Assembly (NCBI GenBank): GCA_963767925.1
Contig: CAVYGB010000002.1
Coordinates: 1,024,001-1,088,000 of the forward strand
Reading direction: 5' to 3'
Source: an uncultured delta proteobacterium
Lineage (GTDB): Bacteria; Myxococcota_A; Polyangia; Fen-1088
Length of the DNA stretch: 64,000 nt
In this document: positions 20,396 to 30,240 of the stretch, piece by piece
Numbering within the stretch: the first letter of the stretch is position 1
Layout: the number at the start of each line of letters is the position of its first letter
Position numbers and translations under genes: made by a program
The notes under the pieces: generated by a model
The model's input: only the letters and a program-made list of their open reading frames with translations
The model's database searches: none
What the model was told of the DNA's origin: nothing

Positions 20396-21204
20396 CAGAG
20401 CAGCCTCCAGTCGGTGATGATCCCCGCCGAGCAGAGGCGGATGTAAAGGTCGGTCGAGCACATGGTGTAGAGCGAGAACCAGGCCCACATGCCGTGGCGC
20501 CGGTTGATGCAGGTGACGCAGTCCCAGGCCTTCTTGCGCATCGGCGAGCGGGAGAAGATGTCGAGCACCCCGCCCACCAGGTGGCGGAAGGAGTGGCAGG
20601 AGAAGGTGTAGAGAGCCACGAACACGACGTTGACCGCCATGATGATCGTGCCGAGCCCGATCCCGAAGCGGGTCTCGCTGGCCCCCGGGCTGACCGGGAA
20701 CTGCGTCGCCAGGACCACGTCGTAGGTCAGGAACACCACCAGCGCGATGCCGAAGTAGAGGAAGTAGCGGTGGATGTTCATCACCACCAGGGGCACCTTG
20801 TGCTCGCCCCGGTAGCCGTGGATCGGCTCACCGACCGCGCAGGCCGGCGGATCCAAAAACAGCGCCTTGTAGTAGGCCCCGCGGTAGTAGTAGCAGGTCA
20901 GCCGGAAACCCGCGGGAAACACGGCGATGAACACGCCCGGGATGAGCGGCAGCCCCGACGGCCACCAGGACGGCTTGTCCGCCCCGAAGATGGCGTGGGG
21001 CCCCTCCCCGTAAAACAGCGGCGAGGCCAGCGGGGTCAGATACGGCTCGGCCCAGTAGTGGGTCGGCCAGAAGATCATGATGCCGAGGTAACTGAAGCCG
21101 ATGAGAAAGAAGATCGACCAGATCAGCGGATGCAACCACCAGGCATCCTTGCGCGAGGTCTGGCCAAACCGGATGCGATCGAGGGGAACGTCGAGCTCGG
21201 GCAT
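20395..21204 (-). CDS. Succinate dehydrogenase membrane anchor, Rv0249c/Sdh1-like
   Basis: Multi-TM protein with FRLTCYYYRGAYY, NIHRYF and SCHSFRH; first gene of the sdh operon. Confidence 0.8.
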   Translation of the reverse strand: MPELDVPLDRIRFGQTSRKDAWWLHPLIWSIFFLIGFSYLGIMIFWPTHYWAEPYLTPLASPLFYGEGPHAIFGADKPSWWPSGLPLIPGVFIAVFPAGFRLTCYYYRGAYYKALFLDPPACAVGEPIHGYRGEHKVPLVVMNIHRYFLYFGIALVVFLTYDVVLATQFPVSPGASETRFGIGLGTIIMAVNVVFVALYTFSCHSFRHLVGGVLDIFSRSPMRKKAWDCVTCINRRHGMWAWFSLYTMCSTDLYIRLCSAGIITDWRLL

Positions 21205-21500
21205 GGCGCGCGCAAGAATAGACAAGTCCCCCCAACTGTAAAGCCCCGCCCACCCCACCCCGAACCCACCCTCCCCGTCGCCACCCCACCCCACCACCAC
21301 CCCCTCACCCCCCCACCCCCCCCAACGCGCCGCACCCCCGCGCAACATCCGCACGCCCACGCCCAGCAAGAGGACGCCTCAGCCAAGTCGCCCGCCCCTC
21401 ACCCGTCGCGCAGACGCGCCGACCTCTCCCCACGGCAGACCGCGGGGAGAGGTGATGATCCCGCGCCTGTTCGCCTGGGTGGACGCTCGCTCGCTCAACC

Positions 21501-21866
21501 CCTCTCACTCGAGACGGCGGTCAGCGGAGCGGAGCTTCAGCCCGGAATCCGCTCGACCGCCCCTCCCTCTCGGCTCGACCCGCCCCTACCTCTCACTCGA
21601 GACGGCGGTCAGCGGAGCGGAGCTTCGGCCCGGAATCCGCTCGACCGCCCCTCCCTCTCGGCTCGACCCGCCCCTACCTCTCACTCGAGACGGGGTCAGC
21701 GGAGCGGAGCTTCAGCCCGGAATCCGCTCGACCGCCCCTCCCTCGGCTCGACCCGCCCCTACCTCTCACTCGAGACGGCGGTCAGCGGAGCGGAGCTTCG
21801 GCCCGGAGTCCGGCTCGACTGCCGCATCCCTCTCGCCCGACCAAGACGGCGGTGAGCGGAGCGGAA
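21501..21866. repeat. Tandem array of ~88-bp hairpin-containing units (about 3.7 copies plus a degenerate part)
   Basis: CCTCTCACTCGAGACGG recurs at 21501, 21589, 21677 and 21762. Confidence 0.9.
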
Positions 21867-22037
21867 GGGAGAGAAGGATCGGTCTGGGGCCGAGTGGAGG
21901 CGCGCAGCTCGCGTCTGCGCGAGCTTGCCAGCGCCGACGAACCGGGGCCCCCAAGCCGGTCTGCCGGCTTGGGGTGGAGCCAGCGCGAAGCGCGTAAGGC
22001 CCGGCGAGGACCCAGGCCAATCCTTCTCTCCCTGGAG

Positions 22038-22292
22038 CGCAGCGGGCCCCCCAGGCAGCAGCCCCCCCAGGCAGCAGCCCCCCACCCCAAGCAGCGGGCC
22101 CCCCAGGCAGCGGCCCCCCCAGGCAGCAGCCCCACAAGCAGCGGGCCCCACAAGCAGCGGGCCCCCCAGGCAGCGCTCCCCTCAGGCAGCAGCCCCCCAA
22201 GCAGCGGGCCCCCCAAGCAGCAGGCCCCCCAAGCAGCGGGCCCCCCAAGCAGCAGGCCCACAAGCAGCAGGCCCACAAGCAGCGGGCGCCCC
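22038..22292. repeat. Degenerate ~15-20-bp tandem repeat (GCAGCGGGCCCCCCAA-like)
   Basis: More than ten imperfect GCAGC(G/A)GGCCC(C)nAA units, directly visible. Confidence 0.85.
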
Positions 22293-22319
22293 AGGACCGG
22301 ACGGGCCGGATCGAGCGCC

Positions 22320-23222
22320 TTACACTTCGAGCTCAGCGAGCACGTTGCGCGCCTCCGCCTCGACGACCTGCAACTGCGCCGGCGAAAGCTCCAAAGCCCG
22401 ATAAGCCAACTTCAACCGCTGCCGATCCACCGGATCCCACCCCGCCGCCGCCAGCGGCTGCGGCGCCCCCAACGACAGCGCCAGATGCTCCGCCACATGA
22501 ATGACCGCCGCCAGCGGATGCACGTCCGTAGAGCTGTCCAGCCGATGATGCAGCGTGATCCCCGCCTGCAAATCTTCGGGCAAGTTCCACAGCCGCGCCA
22601 CCAACCCCGACAGCTCCTCGTGCACCGCCGCCACCGCCCGGATCTCCCGCTCGGTCAGCAACGGCGCCGCCGGCTGCTCCGCCAGCACCAGCAGAGCCGC
22701 CGCCAGCCCGATGTCGTGCACCAGCCCCGCGAGGAAGGCGTAGTCGACCGGCACCGGCGTGAACAGCGCCGCCGTCCGCGCCAGGTAGGCCGTCACGGTG
22801 CTGTGCTTGCGGAGCTGCTCGAGCGTGCGCCGGTGCTGCGAGCTGCGGAACACCCCCAGGTCGAGCGCCGCCCGCCACACCAGCTCGGTCACCGACTTGA
22901 GCCCCAGCCGCCCCACCGCCTCGCGGATCGACCGGATCGGGGTCGACCGGGCATAGGCCGGCGCCCGCGCCAGCCGCAACACGCGCGCCGTCAGCAGGGC
23001 ATCCTGCTCGAGGACCGCGGCCACCCCCGCGAAGGTCACGTTGGGCGACTTCGCGATCCGCTGCACCTCGAGCGCCACCGCTGGCAACATCGGCGGGGTA
23101 TAGTCGGGGGCCCGGAAGCGGGTCCGGATCTGCTCGGCCAGGCTCGCCACCTGATCCCCCGGGATCAGGCTCGGCAGGCTCCGGATGTCGAATCCTAGCG
23201 GCGGGGTGGTGCTTCGTTCCAT
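22320..23222 (-). CDS. HDOD domain protein
   Basis: PMLPAVAL, DALLTARVLRLA, EAVGRLG, AGLVHDIG, WNLP and HH. Confidence 0.9.
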   Translation of the reverse strand: MERSTTPPLGFDIRSLPSLIPGDQVASLAEQIRTRFRAPDYTPPMLPAVALEVQRIAKSPNVTFAGVAAVLEQDALLTARVLRLARAPAYARSTPIRSIREAVGRLGLKSVTELVWRAALDLGVFRSSQHRRTLEQLRKHSTVTAYLARTAALFTPVPVDYAFLAGLVHDIGLAAALLVLAEQPAAPLLTEREIRAVAAVHEELSGLVARLWNLPEDLQAGITLHHRLDSSTDVHPLAAVIHVAEHLALSLGAPQPLAAAGWDPVDRQRLKLAYRALELSPAQLQVVEAEARNVLAELEV

Positions 23223-23315
23223 TCCAAGGGTTTTCCCGGATTGATTCGGGAACAACCATCGGACGCCCCAGGATTTTCCTGAATCCCCCCTGACCGGACG
23301 CAGGGAGGTCGCGCG

Positions 23316-23645
23316 TCAGACGCCGGGCCGGGGCGGAGGCGAGGCGGCGCGGGCCTCCCGCGACTCGAGCGCGGCGACCTGATCTTCCAGGGTCTGGATC
23401 GTGGAGCGGAGGTTGGCGACCTCCTCCTGGGTGGCGATGCCGAACGCGCCGGCCGCCAGGCGGGTGGCCTTGTCGAGGTTCGCCTTCACGGCGCCACCGA
23501 AGCTCATCGCCTTCATGGCAGCGTTCATCAACCGCGGATCGCTGACCAGGCGGGTGACGCGCGGGCTGGAGGCGAGCTTCATCGCCTGCCCAAGCGCCGC
23601 ATCCTTGAGGGTGTGGAAGAACGCCATCGTCGTTTGTTGTGCCAT
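23316..23645 (-). CDS. Hypothetical protein with phasin-like C-terminal coiled coil
   Basis: Amphipathic helices and GIATQEEVANLRSTIQTLE. Confidence 0.6.
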   Translation of the reverse strand: MAQQTTMAFFHTLKDAALGQAMKLASSPRVTRLVSDPRLMNAAMKAMSFGGAVKANLDKATRLAAGAFGIATQEEVANLRSTIQTLEDQVAALESREARAASPPPRPGV

Positions 23646-23734
23646 GTGCCATGGGCGGCGGCAAGGAGAACCCGGGCTGCGGAGGACGGGCGCACCTGCG
23701 GGCACGGTGTGGTCTTTGGTGTAGTCTTTGGCCC

Positions 23735-24304
23735 GTGAGCGTCGCGGAGCACAAGCGGCACGCCCCCTCGCCCGCGAAGGTGCGGGTCGCGGTGGTGACC
23801 GTCTCGGACACGCGCACGGAGGAGACCGACGAGGGTGGCCGCCTGATCCGGGAGCTCTGCAGCGCCGCCGGCTTTCCGGTCGTCTCGAAGGTGATCCTCC
23901 GCGACGAGCCCGCCGAGGTCGCCGCCCACGTGCGCGGCCTGGTCCCCGCTGCCAGCGCCGCCGCCCACACCGCCACCGAGGCCGGCTACGACGCCGGCGC
24001 CGAGGCCATCTTGCTCACCGGCGGCACTGGCCTCTCCCGGCGCGACAGCACGGTGGAGGCCCTGCAGAGCACCTTTCACAAGACCCTCGACGGCTTCGGC
24101 GAGCTGTTTCGCATGCTCTCGTTCCAGGAGCTGGGGCCGGCCGCCATGCTCTCGCGGGCCACCGCCGGGACCATCGGGGCCTGCGTCGTGTTCCTGATGC
24201 CCGGCGCGCCCGCCGCCGTCCGCCTGGCGATGGAGCGCCTCATCTTGCCCGAGCTGGCCCACATCAGCAGCGAGCTGCACCGCCATGGTGGCAAGCACAG
24301 ATAG
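23735..24304 (+). CDS. moaB: MogA/MoaB family molybdenum cofactor biosynthesis protein
   Basis: VTVSDTR, TGGTG, DSTVEA, GFGELFR, AMLSRA and MPG motifs. Confidence 0.9.
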   Translation: MSVAEHKRHAPSPAKVRVAVVTVSDTRTEETDEGGRLIRELCSAAGFPVVSKVILRDEPAEVAAHVRGLVPAASAAAHTATEAGYDAGAEAILLTGGTGLSRRDSTVEALQSTFHKTLDGFGELFRMLSFQELGPAAMLSRATAGTIGACVVFLMPGAPAAVRLAMERLILPELAHISSELHRHGGKHR

Positions 24305-25325
24305 CCCCGCCCCCGAGGCGCCGCTCCACGACCGGCAGAACCGGCTGGTGGAATACCTGCGCGTGTCGGTCACCGATCGCTGCAACTTCCGCTGCACCTA
24401 CTGCCTGCCCGAGGACGGCATCGACCACGTCGACCGGGCCGACATCCTCTCGTTCGAGGAGATCGCCGCCCTGGTCGGCTGCTTCGTGCAGATCGGGGTG
24501 CGGCGGGTGCGCCTGACCGGCGGCGAGCCCACCGTGCGCCGGGACCTGGTCCAGCTCGTCGCCATGTTGCGGGCCATCCCCGGCCTGCGCGACATCGCCC
24601 TGTCGACGAACGGCCACCTGCTGCCCGAGCTGGCCGCCCCCCTGCGGGCGGCCGGCGTCGACCGCCTCAACATCAGCCTCGACACCCTCGACCCCGGCAA
24701 GTTCGCCTCGATCACCCGCCGGGGCGACCTCGATCGGGTGCTGGCCGGGGTGGAGGCGGCGCGCGCGGCCGGCTATCCGTCGATCAAGCTCAACGCCGTC
24801 GCGATCAAGGGCTTCAACGACGGGGAGATAGGGTCCCTCTGCCAGTACGCCTGGACCCGCGGCCTGGTCCCCCGCTTCATCGAGCAGATGCCGATGGCCG
24901 GCGGGGCCCTCTACGTGCCCGGGTCGTTGCTCGCGGCGGCGGAGATCCGGGCCGCCTGCGAGGCGGCCTTCGCGGGCCACCTGGTCCCCTATCAGGGCAG
25001 CGCCGGCGGCGCCGGCCCCGCCCGCTACTGGTCGCTCGAGGACGGCGGCCCGGCCGACAGCCCCCGCCTGCTCGGCATCATCTCCCCGATGACCGAGCAC
25101 TTCTGCGACACCTGCAACCGCGTGCGCCTGTCGGCCGCCGGGGCCCTGCACACCTGCCTGGCCTACGACGACGCCATCGACCTGCGCTCCACCTTGCACC
25201 GCGACGGCCCCGCGGCGGTCATCGGGAGCATCCGCCACGCTCTCGGCGAAAAGCGCGACGGCCACACCTTCCAGCTCATCGGGCTGGGTGGCCCCCGCAA
25301 GGCGATGATTCAGATCGGCGGCTGA
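24285..25325 (+). CDS. moaA: GTP 3',8-cyclase
   Basis: YLRVSVTDRCNFRCTYC, TGGEP, FCDTCNRVR and C-terminal IGG. Confidence 0.96.
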   Translation: MVASTDSPAPEAPLHDRQNRLVEYLRVSVTDRCNFRCTYCLPEDGIDHVDRADILSFEEIAALVGCFVQIGVRRVRLTGGEPTVRRDLVQLVAMLRAIPGLRDIALSTNGHLLPELAAPLRAAGVDRLNISLDTLDPGKFASITRRGDLDRVLAGVEAARAAGYPSIKLNAVAIKGFNDGEIGSLCQYAWTRGLVPRFIEQMPMAGGALYVPGSLLAAAEIRAACEAAFAGHLVPYQGSAGGAGPARYWSLEDGGPADSPRLLGIISPMTEHFCDTCNRVRLSAAGALHTCLAYDDAIDLRSTLHRDGPAAVIGSIRHALGEKRDGHTFQLIGLGGPRKAMIQIGG

Positions 25326-25331
25326 CGAGCG

Positions 25332-25976
<645 letters not shown>

Positions 25977-26104
25977 GTCTCCTCCTCACCGACCACCATC
26001 ACCGCCAGGGATGACGGGTGCACCGCCGTCGGGGCTTTCCCTCGGTCGTACCCCGGCTCATCGGCAGGCCCCCGAGAAAGTTCACGGCGCCGCTCAAGCG
26101 CCGG

Positions 26105-27508
26105 TCAGCTCTCGGGAAAGAGGGCCGAGCGGAAGATGCCGGCGGGATCGAAGCGCTTCTTGGCCCGCACCCAGGCCTCGTGGCGGTCGCCGTGGTGCTG
26201 CCGCCAGTCGTCGTCGTTCATCCGCCCCAGCCAGCCCGAGGGATAACGCTTGCCGCCCGCGGCGCGCAGGCTGTGGTCGATCTGACGAAAGGTCTGCAAG
26301 ATCACGTCCCGGTCGGGCTCGGCCACCCCGGTGGGCAAGATGGCCAGGCAGACGACGTCGTTGGCCGGGGGCATCGCGAAGAACAGGGGCGCGCCCTGCC
26401 GCGACACCCAGACCGCGCGGTGACCGTCGCCCAGCGAGAGCGGCAGGGCGTCGAGGAGCTCGGGCAGCAGCTCGGCGATCCGGCTGGCCGGCACCAGGCA
26501 CTCGAGCCAGGGGTGGAGCTGGTTCCAGGCCCCCGAGCGCCGCATGCCCTCGAAGCGGGGCTGGTAGCGCTCGAGGTGGGTGACGACGTCGTCGTCCTGC
26601 ACGTGCACCACCTTCCAGGGATCCAGCCCGGCCAGCGCCTGCTCGGCCTCGGGCGGCTGGTCCTGGTATTCGATCCCCACCTGCAGGCCGTACAGCCAGT
26701 GGGAAAACGGGCGCCGCCCCATGTGATCCGAGCGGGTCCCCTTGGCGCTCGACCAGGTGAAGCCCTCGAGGTGATCGGCCCGCCCCGGCTTCACCAGCTC
26801 GCGCTGGTCGGCCAGCCAGCCGGCCAGCTCGGCGTAGAGCAGGTGAAACGTGCGCACCCGCTGCGGCGCCGGCCGCAGCGCCAGCCGGGCCTGGCACAGC
26901 ACCCCGCAGCGGCCCAGCCCGGCCAGCACCGCCTGGTAGAGGTCGGTGCTGGTCATCGGATCGCAGCGGACCGGCCCGTCGGACGCGGTGGCCACCTGCA
27001 GCTCGATGACGTGGGCGGCGGCGGGGCCCTGGCGGTGCGAGTTCGAGCCGATCCCGCCCGCCGAGAGCAGCCCCCCCACCGACATGTCGAGGTTGAGCGG
27101 CAGCACCGTCGGCAGCAGCCCGCGCGGCAAGGTGGCCGCCACCAGCTCGCGCCAGCGGGTGCCGGCCTCGCAGCGCACGCTCTTGCGGGCCACGTCGACC
27201 GCCTCGATGCGGTCGAGGCGGGTGCAGTCGAGGGTCACGCCCCCGGGCGACAGCGACTGCCCCGACTGGCTGTAGCCGCGGCCCCGCGGCGTGAGGGGCA
27301 ACTGCCGGGCGGCGGCGAAGGCCACCACCCGCTCGAGCTCGCCGGTGTCGCGGGGGGTGACCACCCCCCAGGGGTCGCCGTGCTCGATGCGGCCGAAGTC
27401 GACCCCCGCGTGCTGGCGGCTCTCGGGATCGCGGCGGACGAAGATGCCCTGGTCGGCGGCGAGCGTCCCCGCGTCCGCCGCCGACCATCCTCCTGGCAAG
27501 GGGGCCAT
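26105..27508 (-). CDS. FAD-binding oxidoreductase, VAO/PCMH family (cytokinin dehydrogenase-like)
   Basis: DFGRI, RGRGYSQSGQS, SVGGLLSAGGIG, VLAGLGRCG, HPWLE and KKRFDPAGI. Confidence 0.85.
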   Translation of the reverse strand: MAPLPGGWSAADAGTLAADQGIFVRRDPESRQHAGVDFGRIEHGDPWGVVTPRDTGELERVVAFAAARQLPLTPRGRGYSQSGQSLSPGGVTLDCTRLDRIEAVDVARKSVRCEAGTRWRELVAATLPRGLLPTVLPLNLDMSVGGLLSAGGIGSNSHRQGPAAAHVIELQVATASDGPVRCDPMTSTDLYQAVLAGLGRCGVLCQARLALRPAPQRVRTFHLLYAELAGWLADQRELVKPGRADHLEGFTWSSAKGTRSDHMGRRPFSHWLYGLQVGIEYQDQPPEAEQALAGLDPWKVVHVQDDDVVTHLERYQPRFEGMRRSGAWNQLHPWLECLVPASRIAELLPELLDALPLSLGDGHRAVWVSRQGAPLFFAMPPANDVVCLAILPTGVAEPDRDVILQTFRQIDHSLRAAGGKRYPSGWLGRMNDDDWRQHHGDRHEAWVRAKKRFDPAGIFRSALFPES

Positions 27509-27517
27509 GGCAGCCGA

Positions 27518-28228
27518 TCAGCTCGCGGCCGCGAGCTGCGGCGGGGCGGAGCGCTCGGCGTAGACCGCCGGCAGCAGGTCGTTGGCCACGAAGGACTCGA
27601 ACATGCCGCGGAAGGCGGCGTAGCAGCGGTCGACGAGGGCCTCGGCCTGCCGGCGCAGCTCCGGTTCGAGCACCATGGCGTCGATCTTGGCGGCGATCTG
27701 CCGCTCGAACACCTCGTGGTTCTTCTCCACCTCGAGGTGGGAGAACGAGAAGTACTTGAGGGCGCTGGTCTGACCGGCGCTGTCGACCACCTTGGCCACC
27801 CGCTCGAAGAACACGTGACCGGCCGACTCCAGCGTCATCAGCAGCACCAGGCGCAGCCGATCGTCGCTGGCCCGGAACACCTCCGCCATGAGGGCGTGGG
27901 CGGCGTCGCGGGTGGGGGCGTGGCGCTTGCCGAACAGCCCGCGCACGTCCTGCTGGCCCGCGCCCATGACGACCAGGTCGTCGAGGAACCACTGCTCGTG
28001 GCCGGCGTCCTCGACCCGGTGGTGCTTGACGATCCGACGCAGCTCCGGGTCGGTGGTGAAGCGCTCGTTCAGGCGCAAGATGTCCTGGAACACCATCACC
28101 CAGAAGGTAAGGTCGGGCGCGAAGCCGAGGGCGTGCTGCAACGGCAGGCTCGACTCGAGCCGGGCGAAGAACCCGTGGCGCGCGAACTCGGCCTGCTTGG
28201 TCGCGATGTATTCCTGGATGGCTCTCAT
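27518..28228 (-). CDS. Heme-oxygenase-like (HDO-type) putative diiron redox protein
   Basis: All-helical, 236 aa; candidate ligands in EDAGH, LESAG and HLEVEKNH. Confidence 0.65.
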   Translation of the reverse strand: MRAIQEYIATKQAEFARHGFFARLESSLPLQHALGFAPDLTFWVMVFQDILRLNERFTTDPELRRIVKHHRVEDAGHEQWFLDDLVVMGAGQQDVRGLFGKRHAPTRDAAHALMAEVFRASDDRLRLVLLMTLESAGHVFFERVAKVVDSAGQTSALKYFSFSHLEVEKNHEVFERQIAAKIDAMVLEPELRRQAEALVDRCYAAFRGMFESFVANDLLPAVYAERSAPPQLAAAS

Positions 28229-28461
28229 GACGGCGAAACCTCCGTGGGTGGGTGGTGGGCCGCGTTCGGCCCGCCTCGTTGTCGAGCCTCCCTATCGCAG
28301 GTCTCATGCCAACCCCCTACATCCGGGGCGAAGGCCGAAGATCCCGGAATCATGGGGACAACGGCCGTCTAACCCGACGGGCGACCGCGGCGAGCCGGGC
28401 GACGGAGCCCGGCGAATCACGTGACTCGCCCGCGAAGCACGCGGGGAATCCCGGAGGCCGC

Positions 28462-28998
28462 TCAGGCGGAGTGGGACGCGGCGGCCGGGCGGCGAAAGCG
28501 CGCTCGGAGGGTATCGACGGCCCGGTGCAAGGCCGCGCGCTCGAGGCGCGGCGTGCTGGGCGGCAGGTGGGCGAGCTGCAGGTCGAGCGCCGGCTGCAGG
28601 TCACCGAACACGTGGTGGGGGAACGGCACGCGCGCCAGCATCATCAGACCGGCGGCGATGCCCCGGACCGCGGCCGCCCGGAAGCCGTGCCCCTCGAACA
28701 CCAGGCTCGAGCAGCGGATGTGGCCCGCCCCCGCCTTCAGCATCTTGTTCAGCTCGGCCCGGGCCTCCGCCCGCAGCGCGGGGTGGCGCTCGCCGACCAC
28801 CTGCACGAGGCCGATCCCCGCCGGGAACTGCGCCCCCAGGCGGGTCAACATGTCGGTCACCATGCGCAGGGCCTCGGTCTGGGTGTCGTTGTCCCAGACC
28901 ACGATGGCCACGTTGTGGAAGGTGCCGGCGATGCAGTGCACGTCCCCGTAGACCACCCTGGGCAGGCTGGGATTCGTGGCGCTCACACGTGCCTCCAC
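28462..28998 (-). CDS. Hypothetical protein (SpoIIAA/STAS-SEC14-like myxobacterial family)
   Basis: VFEGHGFRAAAVRGI...PHHVF pattern. Confidence 0.55.
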   Translation of the reverse strand: MEARVSATNPSLPRVVYGDVHCIAGTFHNVAIVVWDNDTQTEALRMVTDMLTRLGAQFPAGIGLVQVVGERHPALRAEARAELNKMLKAGAGHIRCSSLVFEGHGFRAAAVRGIAAGLMMLARVPFPHHVFGDLQPALDLQLAHLPPSTPRLERAALHRAVDTLRARFRRPAAASHSA

Positions 28999-29058
28999 CC
29001 TCCCGATCGGCCGGTGCGCCAGCGGGCTTGAGGTGGCGCGGGGCGCGCCCGCAGAGTG

Positions 29059-30117
29059 TCAGGGGGTGAGGGCGAAGCAGTAGATGCCGCCGTAGCCGCC
29101 GCCCGATCCCACGACCGGGTTCGAGAGCACAGGGCCGCCGCCCTTGACCAGGTTGATGCCCGAGCCGCAGCCGGCCTCGTCGAGGTTCGAGATCCAGCTC
29201 TGCACGCCCCGGGGCCAGGACATCCCGCAGCGCGGGCGGCCGGCCGTGGGCACCCGGGTGGTCCAGTCCTGGCAGGTGCTGCGCGGGTCCATGCTGAACA
29301 GGGTCCCGTCGCGGTCCGATCCGGTCATCGTGTGGTGGTTGTCGACGGTCCCCTGCCCAGGGTCGGGGCGGTGGTTGGGCACGCCGTTTTCGTTCGGCAG
29401 GTCGTTGATGATGGCCGGGTGGGCGCCGCGGGGGCGGGTCTGCACCAGGTCGGCCTTGTTCATCGCCACCAGCCGGCCCAGCCGGTCGTACCAGGGGCCC
29501 TCGCCCACCCGATCGATGGCGTTGACCGGCCCGCCGCCGGGTCCACCTTTCGTGGTGCTGAGGAAGGCGCGCCAGGCCTTCTGCCCGGCGCCGGCCATCC
29601 CGACCTCGGCGGCCTGGCGGCAGATCTCGTCGGCTCCCGTGAGCCCGTCGGGCTTGCCGAAGGTGAGGTCGCCGCCGAAGCCGTTGGGGCTGCCCGACAG
29701 CCGGCGCATCACCGACAGGCTGGTCACGAAGAAGCTGAAGCGCGGCAGGTTGGCGGCGGCCGCGGTGTCGCCGCCCGCCCCATCGGGCGTGCGGGCGTCG
29801 CTGGCCCGCGCGCTGTCGCTGCCGCGCGCGTCGGCGGGCCGGCTGCCGCCCGCGCCGCCGCTGCCCCCGCTGCCGCTCCCGCCGCTGCCCCCGGTCGCGC
29901 TGCCGCCCGCTCCCCCCGTCGCGCTGCCGCCCGCGCCGCCGGTCGCGCTGCCCCCGCTGCCCCCGGTGGCGCTGCCGCCCCGGCCGCCGGTCGCGCTGCC
30001 CCCCGTGCCCCCCGTGCCGCCGGTGTCGGGATCGGAGCCGCAGCCGAGCAGGCCGCTGGCCAGGGCGAGAGCGAAGGCGATCGCGGTGGGGCGGGCGGGG
30101 GTGCAAGCTCGTCGCAT
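29059..30117 (-). CDS. Lipoprotein with Gly-rich linker and lectin/endostatin-like domain
   Basis: Lipobox LLGC; GGSATGG repeats; GADEICRQAA, WRAFLS, GPWY and GIYCFA. Confidence 0.7.
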   Translation of the reverse strand: MRRACTPARPTAIAFALALASGLLGCGSDPDTGGTGGTGGSATGGRGGSATGGSGGSATGGAGGSATGGAGGSATGGSGGSGSGGSGGAGGSRPADARGSDSARASDARTPDGAGGDTAAAANLPRFSFFVTSLSVMRRLSGSPNGFGGDLTFGKPDGLTGADEICRQAAEVGMAGAGQKAWRAFLSTTKGGPGGGPVNAIDRVGEGPWYDRLGRLVAMNKADLVQTRPRGAHPAIINDLPNENGVPNHRPDPGQGTVDNHHTMTGSDRDGTLFSMDPRSTCQDWTTRVPTAGRPRCGMSWPRGVQSWISNLDEAGCGSGINLVKGGGPVLSNPVVGSGGGYGGIYCFALTP

Positions 30118-30240
30118 CTGGGCGGCTCCTTGGCGAGAGAGAAGAGTAAAAATGGCCCGCGGCTGACACGCGGGCGTTGCCGGGATGTGGAAAAGGGGGC
30201 ACAGAATACGACAACTCCCCCCCTGGTGTAAGGTCTATCC

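Noticed and set aside
21501..21866. Possible CRISPR array
   Set aside because: Whole 88-bp units are near-identical with no unique spacers, and there are no cas genes in the window.
21759..22404. Cys/Trp/Gly-rich or Gln/Pro-rich repeat ORFs over the minisatellite
   Set aside because: Open in several frames only because the repeat lacks stops; no RBS or domain support.
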